Shown here: piece after piece, positions 52,690 to 64,000 of the stretch | Position numbering within the stretch: the stretch's first letter is position 1 | How the letters are laid out: each line of letters begins with the position of its first letter | Source of the DNA: Eledone cirrhosa | Taxonomy: Eukaryota | DNA length: 64,000 nucleotides | NCBI GenBank assembly: GCA_964016885.1 | Contig: OZ024741.1 | Coordinates: 190,960,001-191,024,000 of the forward strand | Direction of reading: 5' to 3' | The notes under the pieces: generated by a model | The model's database searches: none | The model's input: only the letters and a program-made list of their open reading frames with translations | What the model was told of the DNA's origin: nothing | Translations under genes and position numbers: made by a program

Positions 52690-53601
52690 TTAACAGAACC
52701 CTCTGTGTTCAGAGAACGTGAGGCTGCCTGTGAGACGTGGGACCGGCTGGGACTTAGCCCAGTAGACGTCCCTCCTCCTTCTCCCCCTGTTGACGTCAAG
52801 TCCCCCCAACGCACTTGGGATGCCATCCAGTGCAGCCTGGCCTCAGACAGGCTCATGCGCCAGCTCGACCAGCACCGCCTTGCTTGTTTTCGTGCAGCCT
52901 CCAAAGCCCACAGTGGTGCCTGGCTCTATGCTCTGCCCTCCTTCTCCACTGGCACGCAGCTAGACAACCATAGCCTGCGAATCGCCGTTTCCCTGAGGCT
53001 CGGCCTACGGATCTGCCAGCCACACCAATGTCGCTGCGGTTCCACCGTGGACTCTTTTGGCCTCCACCTGCTTTCCTGTCGCCACAGTGCCGGCCGCATT
53101 CCACGCCATACTGCCCTCAATGAAGTCATTAAGCATGGCTTGGACGCTGCAGGCTTCCCTTCCCAGCTCGAGCCGGTGGGGCTGGAGCAAGGGCATAGCA
53201 AAAGGCCAGATGGCATGACCATCTTCCCGTTCCGCGGTGGCAAACCCCTCGTCTGGGATGCCAATTGCACCGACACTTTCTGCAGCTGCAACATGGTGCA
53301 GTCTGCGACTGACCCAGGTTCTGCTGCACGTCGGGCTGAGGGGGCCAAACTCCTCAAATACCGGTCGCTCTCCGACAGGTTTGCGGTCGTTCGCCTGGCA
53401 GTGGAAACTTCTGGTGTCCTCGGCCCCAGGGCTACATCCTTACTCACCACCATAGGTGCTGAGCTGGCCAGCCGCAGGTGTGAGCCCCGCGAGTTGGAGT
53501 GGCTTTTCCAGCGCGTCTCCCTTGCCGTCCTCCGGGGAAACGCCTTCTCCATTCTGTCCGCCGGGTCTGTGGGTGGGCCCCATCACGTACCATTACATTA
53601 G
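52690..53601 (+). mobile_element. 3' portion of a CRE-clade non-LTR retrotransposon ORF (Zn knuckle and restriction-like endonuclease), uninterrupted 298 codons
   Basis: SGAWLYALPS...RIAVSLRLG...CRCG...HLLSC...RH...KRPDG...LVWD...AE..K..KY...AVETSGVLG...QRVSLAVLRGNA. Markedly GC-rich relative to flanks. Confidence 0.9.
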
Positions 53602-54852
53602 TTAAATACCATTCTTTCATCTGATACTTCTCATAATTTATTGTTGTATTTTATTAAGTTTACAATGTTAAGAAGAAATATTATCAAGTCTACGACTTCA
53701 GAAGGAACGTTTCCCCGAACCAAAGTATCGTCTTCCTGTCTTCCTCCGGTTGCAACGTCTTTTGAAATATTCACAATAGCTCACGTAGATATTGTTATAG
53801 GTACAACAATTTTTATATCTTGCATAAAAACAATGAAATATTATTTACATTATATTATCAATGGCCTATTACGTAATGGGGTTGTAGTCACTGCAGGTAA
53901 TAATGGATATGTAATGTCTATTGTTATACAGAAACTGCGTAATTTGATGGTTGCAAGTTGAAAAAGTCTGTCTCCCTCATATGCATATTTAGATAGGATT
54001 AGGGGTTGGGATATATGGATCATGTCTGAGGTATGGATTTTGGAGGATGTCTTAGTTCTAATATAGACATTTAGTTCATGATTGGCTTGGTTTTAACGAA
54101 TGTAATTTTTATGAGTTTTGAATCCGATGGTCTTCTTCACTAGACGTTTTGTTTATTGGTGGCTTTGTTTTCTGAGTGCATTGTTTATATATAGGGCATT
54201 CAATGATTGCTTGCATTTTTTCTATGTATGTACATAATGTGTGTATGTGTAGTGTAAGTGTATGTATATTTTGGGTAGTTATTGATATGGTGGATAGACT
54301 GTTTGGAGCAATAATGGTCTTGTTCATGTGTATATATATACATAGGTAAAAAGTAAAAGTGAGAAAGCATAAGGCTATATTTAAAGATTTTTTTTCTTTA
54401 ATCTGACAGAATGAATATTTTTATTATTGTTACATTAAATGGATTTAAATTTTATCAAATATTAATCGGTTTTCAGACTTACTATATATATATATATATA
54501 AAACATAACCTCACACACATATATAACACAGTGACCACTCTTTAAAGTGGTTGATGATAGGCAGGCTATTGCACAATAGAAAACTTGGCAAACAGGGTCT
54601 AGAGAACTCTTCAGTCATGTGAAAGACATGACAACTTCCCTCATGTTGGTGCCTTGATTAAATTGCCCCAGTACTCTCTGTAGAATGTGTAGATTGTATG
54701 TAAGGGAGATGTGTCTTGTTCTTTAGGGTGAGAATACATTTCAATTCTGACTAGCTGTTGATTGTTCTCAAATCTCAGGTGTGATCTACATTGACATACT
54801 GTTCACATAACTCAAGTGTTAGTAGTGCTGCTGTTGGTGCTGCCGCTGCTGT

Positions 54853-54906
<54 letters not shown>

Positions 54907-56614
54907 GGCTGCTGCTGCTAGGAAGTCTGCAACACACGCACATACACACATGCATGTGCATATACAAAACTTGGATTACATAGATATTGAATTTCTTATG
55001 TTACACAAATATGTTTACACATACATAAATACACATATACACACACAAATACATATACACACACAAATTTACATGGATGGAGAGACTGACACCCATACAT
55101 AAACAAACATACTCATGCACACATACACACAGACACATTATAAGCATGCACGCACAAACACATACATATGTACACATATACATACACATACACACAGACA
55201 CATTATAAACATGCACACACACAAACACATACCTACACATACACACATGTATATCTTTAAGTGAGAGGAGGCTGTAATATCAACAAACATAAATCCATTT
55301 TTGTGGTTTACTTAAACACTTCTCCCTTCATTCTCATCTTCTGCCCCTCCTTCTCATTCTCTCCCCTCTTCCTAAATCCCTCACTCCTCTTGCTACACTC
55401 TCCTGTTCTCTTCCTTCAGCCACCCTTCTCCATATTATATATTTTATCTAACAAACACATTAGATGCAACATAGCCCATGGCTCAGAGTTAAGTACATTG
55501 CAACAGTTATGTTTGATCACAGATGTTAAAATCATGTTTCATACCATTTGGAGCTTCTTAACTAATTTCACATTACACTGTCTTTTATACCATTCTACTT
55601 TACTCTTTCTAGAACTCTGGATGGAAGAATTGGTTGCGTAACTCCAGACAAAATGATTTATTGTATTTAGACTATTCTCGCTTATCACTGAGACTCATCC
55701 ACCCTGAAAGGTGGTAGTACTGGTGCCACAAAAAAACTCCCAGTGTATGCTGTGGTGGTGGTGGTGAAATTTGAGCAAGTTTGATAAGATGAGATGGCTT
55801 ATTACTTCTAGAAGTGAGAAGTAAGAAGATGTAAAAATCAATAGAATACCAGACTAAATGTTTCATGGGATTTAGTTATGTCCCAAGTTCAAATCCAGTA
55901 GCTCTCACCTTTGTCATATATAACTTTGAACAATTCTGCTCCAGTCTGTGTATGGCTTTGTGCCAGACCTTATACAGATGAAAGAGAAGTACACAGATCA
56001 TCATCATAACCACCATTTAATGTCTATTTTCCATGCTTGCATGGGTTAGATGGGTTGTCACATACAGAGGCAAAATTGGTCAGGTGACCATGTCTGACTT
56101 GAATGGTATGTTTTTAGGTTGGTTTCTGTGGTTGTATTTCTTTTTTAATGCCCACCACTTCACAGCATGTACTGCGAGTATTTTATGAAAACCCTCACAC
56201 AACCATCTCACAAAGTGGACTAAGTGCCTTTGCCATGGCACCAGCACTACTATTGTACTGGGTGGACTAGGTGCTTTTTTCGTGGCAGCAGGATTTGAAT
56301 TGAAAATGCATACACAAATTCTCCACATGATTTGCCACTCTACCTCAATACTAAATTTACAAAACAAATAATGGCACTAATTTCAACTTACTCATGCAAG
56401 CCCAAATTCTTCCTTAAAAATATCAATCTCCACTGATGTATAACAGATAAGAGCTCCAGTATTTTACTATTAGCAGTATTTGCCTTCATATACACCTCCA
56501 TTAATATATATATATCTCATGCACTGAGTACTCCCCGCATTTGTGGTCACCCTAGTTTTAGCACTGCAGACCCACTGAATAATGGTCTTACTAGTCTAAA
56601 CTGGTAACACCCCA

Positions 56615-56731
<117 letters not shown>

Positions 56732-57066
56732 CAGGAAATACCAATGGAGGTAGACTGCAGTAGAGGAAGAATCTTGGCTATGGTGGTTAGAGCTGATCAC
56801 AAAATACTGAATTTCACAGAAGGGAATGATTAAGGAACATTATGAGAGGAGGAAGACTGTAGTGGAAAGGAGCTGTCCAACCCACACAAGCATATATAAA
56901 TTTGGACATTGTATGATGATGATGATGATATATATATATATATTAGTAATGAGTCTGCATACTTATTAGTAATCATCATACCTAATGATATCAAATGAAA
57001 CCATATGGCTCAACACTTTGTGTTTTATGAATGTATCAAACACACCATTATATTATACACAATAAT

Positions 57067-57456
57067 GGAGGCACATGGCTTAGTGGTTAGAGCATTGGCC
57101 TTGCAATCGAAAGGTTGTGAGTTCAATTCTCAGACCGAGTGATGTGTTGTTTCCTTGAGCAAGACACTTTATTTCACATTGCTCCAGTTTACACAGCTGT
57201 AGAAATGAGATGATAGGACTGGGGTCCTTATCATTCCACTGCAAAGTGGTCGTGGAGGTGCCACGGCAAAAAAGCACCCAGCACTCACTGTAAATGAGGT
57301 TGGTGTTAGGAAGGGCATCCAGCTGTAGAAATCAAGCCAGAATCAGTTCCCGTATAAGCAAGACAAGGTCAACCGACCGGACACTGCCCACAACAGGATA
57401 ACCCGTCTAACCTATGCTAGCGTGGAAGAACAGACGTAAAACGGTGATGATGATGA
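57067..57456 (+). mobile_element. tRNA-head CORE-SINE with RTE-derived tail (full length)
   Basis: Same family as 33595. The tail matches 22277-22548 and 47985-48260. Confidence 0.92.
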
Positions 57457-57764
57457 CAACTATAACATTACAATATACATACATACTCATATACACATAA
57501 AAATACTCACCCACTCTCACCCACACATGTGTGCATGTGTGTGTGTGTATGTGTGTGTGTGAGTATGATAAGATATGTGTAGAGCTCTTAAAGTAATAGC
57601 AAAGTATGTTTTATATAAAAATGTTCAACTCTTGGTGCCGAGATATAAAACACTCAGTGCACACATTTAGGCTGGTGACATGACAAGATTATCTACATAA
57701 ACAGAATTTTCCATGTATTAAATATGTTAAACTAATTATCTGTTTGTCTATCTATCTATCTATC

Positions 57765-57828
57765 TTTGTGCCCCTGTGGCTAATAAAGAAACATATCTAT
57801 CTATCTATCCATCTGTCTATCTATCTAT
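57765..57828 (+). mobile_element. Extreme 3' end of the Tx1-like LINE within (TATC)n
   Basis: TTTGTGCCCCTGTGGCTAATAAAGAAACATATCT is identical to 60694-60727 and flanked by TATC repeats on both sides. Confidence 0.75.
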
Positions 57829-57829
57829 A

Positions 57830-60200
57830 AAATAATAATAATAATAATAATAATGAAATTATTGTGTACAGTGCTCAGGTGCACTACAACCCATCAAAGG
57901 TGCATGTATAGTACATAAAATAATTGTTTCTACTTTTGGCACAAGGCCAGCAATTATTCAGTACATTACTGGTACTTTATTTTATCGACCCCGAAAGGAT
58001 GAAAGGCAAAGTTAACTTTGGTGGAATTTGAACTCAGACCGTAATGAGCTGTAACTGCATGCTGCTAAGCATAGCATCCGACCCTTACCGGTACTGCCAA
58101 CTCACCGCCATAGTACATAGAATAATGTTCAAATGTCAGGAAAATGAACAGTGTATGAGTCATAAAATACATGTGTGCGTGTGTATGGACAGGGGACATC
58201 AGGTGCAGTGTTAGCGAATCTCAGGAAGCATGGAGGTTTTAAAGGATGCAGTGTCTCGACAGCTAACAACTGATGCAGGTAGTTTGTTCCATGCTTCAGC
58301 AACTCTGAGCATGAAAAAATGTTTCCAAAAGTCATGGGAGCTGTGCTGTTGTCTGACTTTGTAGGCATGCCCATGGGTGTTAGACACATGGAAATCAAAA
58401 AGGTACTCAGGGTTGTTGGCAAGATGGTTAATAATTTTGTGGGTGTTACCAGATGTCGGAGCTTCAATGTATCCTTGCCCAGGGAAGCAAGGCGTTCAGA
58501 GTATGGTAGATGCCTGATGGAGGGTATTCACTTGGTTGCACGTCTCTGAACAGTTTCCAGGAGGTCAATGGGCAAGATAGGGGTTCCAGACTGGTGATGC
58601 AAATTCTAAGTGTGGCCGTATCATAGCTATATACAGCTTTAAATAGATAGCTGGAGAGTGGCTGACAAAGGTCTTGCTGAGTGATGCTAAGACACCCTCA
58701 GCCTTCTTGACAATTTTAGAGACGTGCTTGGTCCAACGCAAATTGCTGCTGACAGTAATGCCCAGGTCACGCTCACAAGAAGACTTCTTGATATTAGTGT
58801 TGTGGAGGGAGTATGTGGACGCTATTTTTTCCTCCCAAAATGCAAGGTGGTACACTTGTCCATAGCCAACTTGAGTTGCCAGTCCGTGATCCATTGCTGC
58901 ATTGTGTCCAGGTCTGATTGCAGGAAAGATCTATAGTGTTCAGGATCTGTCCTTTTTATCTCAAGGTACAGCTTGATGTCATCTGCATATTTCAGTACTG
59001 TGGTATTCTTTAAGTTGGCATCTATGTCATTAATATATGCCACAAACAAAAGGGGACCAAGAACAGATCCCTGTGGTACACCAGACGACATCTCATATGG
59101 TGAGGAATGCTGTCCTAGAACTGTGACTACCTCTCTTTGACTGAGAATGAAGGACTTCAACCAGTTAAAAAGATCATCCTTCACACCCATTGCAGAAAGT
59201 TTTGCCATAAGTCTTTTGTGTGGCACAGAATTGAAGACTTTCGCAAAGTCAAGGTAAACAACATCCACCCATGAGCCTCCATCAGTGATCCGGGTGATGT
59301 CTTCAAGAAACTCGATAAGTTGATCACAGCAGCTGGAGTTAGGGATAAATCCAAACTACGATGGCCGGATAAGACTGTGAGAGTTCCAGATGTTCCAAAG
59401 TGTTTCTCTGACACAGGATTCCATCAGATTGGCAATGCAGCTAGTAAGACTGACTGGACAGGTGATGTGCGGTTACCCTTTTTGAACAGAGGAATGACAC
59501 TGGCAGTTTTCCACAGCTCCGGAGTAGCAACGTTACTGCCCATGAAGGACAGCTTGGCAATGATCATAGCATGGTCAGAGTCACCTAAAGGTTCTTAAGT
59601 AGTAACACTAATAACCGTTTTAGGAGTAGTGGTGAAGAATAGATCCAAAGTGTTGTCACCTCTTGTTGGGGAGGTGACTTCTTGGGACCAGTTCGAGTCC
59701 AGCCTTAGCTCAAGGAAATCATTTGCGAAAGGTTTCCCAGTCAATCTCAGGGTGATTGAAGTTCCCTGCAGTAAAAACATAAGTGGCTGTTTTCTTGGCA
59801 GCAGCTCTGAGGATATCACAAAGCTGAGTGTCCTGATGGTAATTTGGGGTGGGGGTGTGGTGGGGGCGGTAAACAACTCCAAGTAGCAGTGTTGACATGG
59901 TCATATGTATATTGCAGAAAAATACTTCTTGCTGTGATTGGTTCAAATCAGCAGAAGGAATTGCTGAAAAGTTTGAACGAGCGTTGACCATTACACCACC
60001 ACCACCATGATTAATGTGGTCTTTACGAAACAACCTGTAGCCAGCTATGCTGAAAACCCCATCACAGAGTAAGGAATGTGCCCATGTTTCCGTGACTGTA
60101 ATGAAGTCAGGGTCGATACTTTTGACGTAGGAATCAAAAAGATGTATCTTATTGCATAGACTACATGCATTCAAGGACAACAATTTGACCACCGAGTCCA
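57830..60200 (-). mobile_element. CR1-clade LINE ORF2 (EN and RT, internal deletion near 59595) with (ATT)n tail
   Basis: LLSLNACSLCNK...ITVTETW...YRLFRKD...GGGGV (EN). DVVYLDFAKVFNSVPH...SGVPQGSVLGPLLF...KYADDIK (RT). ERDLGITVS...IRPHLEFASPVWNP. Confidence 0.95.
57918..58109 (-). mobile_element. Nin/Deu-domain SINE inserted in the CR1 3' UTR with target-site duplication
   Basis: Flanked by ATAGTACATA(A/G)AATAAT at about 57908 and 58110. Confidence 0.85.
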
Positions 60201-60760
60201 TTGTCATGATCAAACCGCAACCCTCCTTCAAAAACGAAGAAGAGGCGGTTTTCCTTTGTGTGATAGCTATGGCGAAAGAGGTTGTATGATGGATGAGGTT
60301 AAAAGGGCTAAGGTCAGACACCTTTCTCTCCGGCCAACAACTGATTCTTTTTTCCAAATACCACTTTGGAAGAAGAATCAGGATGGAGAGAGATGTGTTG
60401 TACCCCAGCAAGTTTTATGAAAGGTGGGTGAAAGTGGCGAGAATGGCCCGAGTGAATGGGCCTTCTCTCTATATCAGCCTGTAGGTTGAGGAAAAAGAGG
60501 AAGAGAGGAAAGGGGTACAAACTCTTCGTACTCCTGGAGATAAGGGTTGCACATTTTTTTCGGGGGTATGTGCTACCCATATGTAATGTCTCCCCCTATT
60601 GGGGAAAATCGATTAACTTTTAATTTACAATTATGATAACATTTTACACGTTTTTATTGTATGTAAACTCCCCCTTTGTAATTGTCCCCTTCTTTTGTGC
60701 CCCTGTGGCTAATAAAGAAACATATCTTTACATCTATCCATCTGTCTATCTATCTATCTA
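60200..60760 (+). mobile_element. 3' end of a Tx1/L1-like LINE (ORF2 C-terminus, 3' UTR, AATAAA, (TATC)n)
   Basis: FLCVIAMAKEVV*WMRLKG...RIRMER...FYERWVKVARMA, then a UTR and poly(A) signal into TATC repeats. Confidence 0.75.
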
Positions 60761-63700
60761 ACGTCATTCTGAACTTTCATTTTTACCTCGAATTGTAGAG
60801 GGATTGCCAGGTCAAATTTTGATCTGGTCAGTCTCTCAAAATATCTTGCCCGTTAGGGCAAAAACATCAAACATATTATCGAAAAAACCTTATGCAAAAT
60901 TACAAAAGCAAAGGCACTTTCTTCCTTGTCAACACAAGAAAATGGGAAGGGAAAGCCATGCCTATTTGAACAGCCTTCCCCTCTGACAGTAGAAGACATG
61001 AAAAAAGGAATGCCAGCACTCTTACCTCATCATTTAGGAAAGGAGGCATTGCCTGCTTACAAGCAACTGAATGCGCTTAATGTCACAACAAATATAACAA
61101 ACTGAACACAAACAAACGAAAACAATAGCAACACGAACACAAACCAAATGAAAAACAACAACACCAACAGCAATGAATATAACAACCAAAGTAACAAAAA
61201 CAATAAAAACACACATACAAAAATATTTGCAGCAACAGTTGGCAAAAAAATCGAATTCGTCGACATAAACATAAAAAATAAAGAGCAGTACCTGAAGGAT
61301 GCTGCACAATAGATAATTGTCGAGGGGAATGGATTTTGCATAAATACCCCACCGCAACCCAAAGGAAAACGATCTTCTATAGAACTGTGGTGATAGAATC
61401 AAGAAAATCAACCTCTTTGTCTCAGAACACAGTAGAAAGTGAGTTGAGCGAGGCAATTCCAGACATTACTTACCTTCGGAGGGCCAAGCAGTATGGGAGC
61501 ATCTCGGTGCTCTTCAAAAGCAAGGCCCTCACCCAGAAATATTTGGTGGCTCTGATTAAAATGAGCCGATACATCTTCTGTCCGACATACATGGAAAGAA
61601 GAACACATAAAATAAGGGTGTCCCAGATATTACCGAACACCAACATTTGGTGGATCCTGGGTGGCTCTTTGGAGGAGGGTGCAGACACCCTCCTCTTTGT
61701 AAAGAAGTCAACCAGGTATAACTGGAATGGGACCTCAGTTGAACTCCTGGTTCAAATGAGACCAGAAAGAATTGAAAAAATACCCAAAAGGGTACCTGTT
61801 GATAACAACCATGTTATCAACATCACAGTGGAGGGCAGAAAACCCCAATGTTAAAAATGTGGGAAAGACACATATAAAAGCATTCTGCCTAATGCTGAAC
61901 ACAGAAAAACCAAACAAGGTGTTGTTACCAACACCCAAACTTCAACAGCAAAACCCGAAAACCAAGAACACAACCTCCAAAACCATCAACATCCACTCCA
62001 TCATCACAAACGAAAAAAGCACTACACCAAAAATTACCCTGAAGGACTCTATCCTACCCCTTCCCCCTCTGCCTAACACTCCCACAAACACACACACAAA
62101 CACTTCACCACCACACAACATACCCCTCCCACATACCCCCGATGATAACACCTCAGACGCAGCAACCACCTCCTCTTCAAGCGAGGATGAAGAAGCGCCT
62201 CCAAAAGTAAAAAAAAAAACAAAACAAAAAAAGAGACACTGCAAAAACACAAAAGCATCAATCACCAACAAAATACACAGACACCACCACACATGATAAC
62301 CACACCAAAAACACAGACACTGCCACAACTAAACCCACCCCCACCAACAAAACAAACACCAACACCACCACAAGCACAAATTCTCACCATCAAAAAAAAA
62401 TTAGACAACAAACAACAAACAAACAACAAACAAACATCACAGCAAAAATTCAAACTGCACTACACATACATTAACACCACAAATAAAGACCTAATGGAGG
62501 CCATCACAAAAGACCCCCACCATTCAGAAAGAAGGCAAAAACCTTCACCAGTACAAGCACAAGCACTGCACCTAAAACTAATAAGATTACAAACAGAAAT
62601 TTACAGTTTTCTTAAAGAAAACTTTCCCCACGATGTTGGACCCCCATGCCAAAAACCCCTCAACCGTGTACTCCTGAAATATTTACCCACCCCCACCAAA
62701 TACCCCCACCTCCACCACCACAAACATGGAGATCGAATAGCCCGACCTCCAGGAAACCAAAAGGTAAGTGTTCCTGCCTTTTTCTCTCCATAACTCTTCT
62801 TCACCAACATGGCAACTATACAAGTTAGATGTTTGAATGTGCATGGCCTGGGGATGTCCTGGAAACAGGGCGACTTTTTAAATAACCTCAGGTCACACTG
62901 TATAGACGTGATAGCCGTCACCAAGTCCAGGATTCACGACAAACAGCAGTTAACCCCCATGTTCGATGACTTTGAGATCTACGCACCTCTCTGTCAGCCA
63001 AGAGGTGGAGGGTGAGTTGCTATTTTGTTTAAAAAAAATCTGGATCTCAATGTACAGACAATCTACTTAGACTTGGAGGGAAAATTGGTGGTCCTAGACG
63101 TGAATGGTAGTGAAAGTGGACTTTCAGACTGGTGGCCGTATATGCCCTAACTGGGAAATCATGACCTGAGTTCTTTAAGCATCTGGAGTCATTCCTGGGA
63201 ACGCTTACTCTTTACTCTTTGCGGGGGACTGGAATGGTATCTTAGACATACGTTGGGATTATATAGGGGGCATGTGATAGTAGAGGGGTGTGTAATAGCC
63301 TCCAAAATCTTATCAGCCAATTCCAACAGGCTGATAGATATCAACTAGATTTCTCAAGTGCACCACTGTGGACGTGGAGCAACCGCACTGGGTCTTCTAG
63401 ATCATATTTAGATAGATTTCTAATTAGACAAAATGATAGGGAAACATTAAGCTGTCCACAAATGCACATAGTTGCCTATTCAGACTACAAATTAGTGACC
63501 TGCAGAGTCAACCTTGATAGAATACAGAAACAGGGACCTGGATACTGGAAGCTAAACATGTCGCTCCCGACGTTTAAAGCCTACAGTAAACGGATTAGCA
63601 CTTTAGTTAAACGCCAGTTGATGGGGTCCATCATCAACAACAGGTGGTGGTGCTCTCTCAAGAGAGCAATTAGAATAGAATCAATAGCCTTTAGTAAGGA

Positions 63701-64000
63701 AGTAGCTTTAGAAAAGAACAAAACTGAAAAGGAACTGGTAGCCAAAATAGAAGAGGCACTTAGGAGTGGCAATACAGCTGATGTGCTAGCAGTGAGAATG
63801 GCACTAGACCAGTTCTTCAACATGAAACACGAAGGTTGCATTGTCAGAAGTAGAAGACATGCTTTGAGAAACGAGGGAGCCAAAGCTGTTGGCTGGGCCT
63901 GAGTGGCAGAGGCAAAAAGTGGCAACAAATCCACAATTTGGTCTTTGGAAAACCAAAATGGACACATACTACTTGAATTCAAGCAGATGTGCATAGCCTT
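60761..64000 (+). mobile_element. Tx1/L1-clade LINE 5' part: decayed ORF1 (CCHC knuckle near 61845-61890) and ORF2 APE endonuclease from 62809, running off the window
   Basis: ORF1 GRKPQC*KCGK.HIKAFC. ORF2 VRCLNVHGL...IDVIAV, GDWNG, WTWSN...SYLDRFLI...SDYKLV...GPGYWKLN. Confidence 0.9.

Noticed and set aside
53695-54150. Possible further decayed hammerheads on minus (about 53700-53745 and 54105-54150)
   Set aside because: Cores too mutated and stems ambiguous to support a call.
59719-60411. 230-aa ORF as a single gene
   Set aside because: Chimeric read-through: antisense Tx1 3' end fused to the CR1 endonuclease.

Overview
AT-rich, repeat-saturated eukaryotic DNA with no convincing host protein-coding exon. 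The CORE- and Nin/Deu-type SINEs, RTE LINEs with (GAT)n tails and dense (TA)n tracts suggest an octopus or other coleoid cephalopod (inference). Positions 1-11 kb are a 76-bp satellite with higher-order periodicity. The remainder is nested retroelements (RTE, CR1, Tx1/L1, a GC-rich CRE-type RLE element, Penelope-like GIY-YIG elements), SINEs, MITEs and minisatellites. The main hidden signal is a dense set of type I hammerhead ribozyme (HHR) motifs: about 17 complete folds (a few with decayed cores) plus several half copies between 12.6 and 51.5 kb, from roughly 8-9 sequence families. All have CUGANGA...GAAA cores, a self-complementary stem III and NUH cleavage sites. Many sit in head-to-head palindromes that end in (TA)n. 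Three families have a stem II extended to about 55-65 nt, and two of these share a conserved insert motif. A GAGTGCTC-like motif recurs downstream of the cleavage site across families. This looks like a diverse Penelope pseudo-LTR or retrozyme-like system. All folds were paired by eye and none has been tested for activity.
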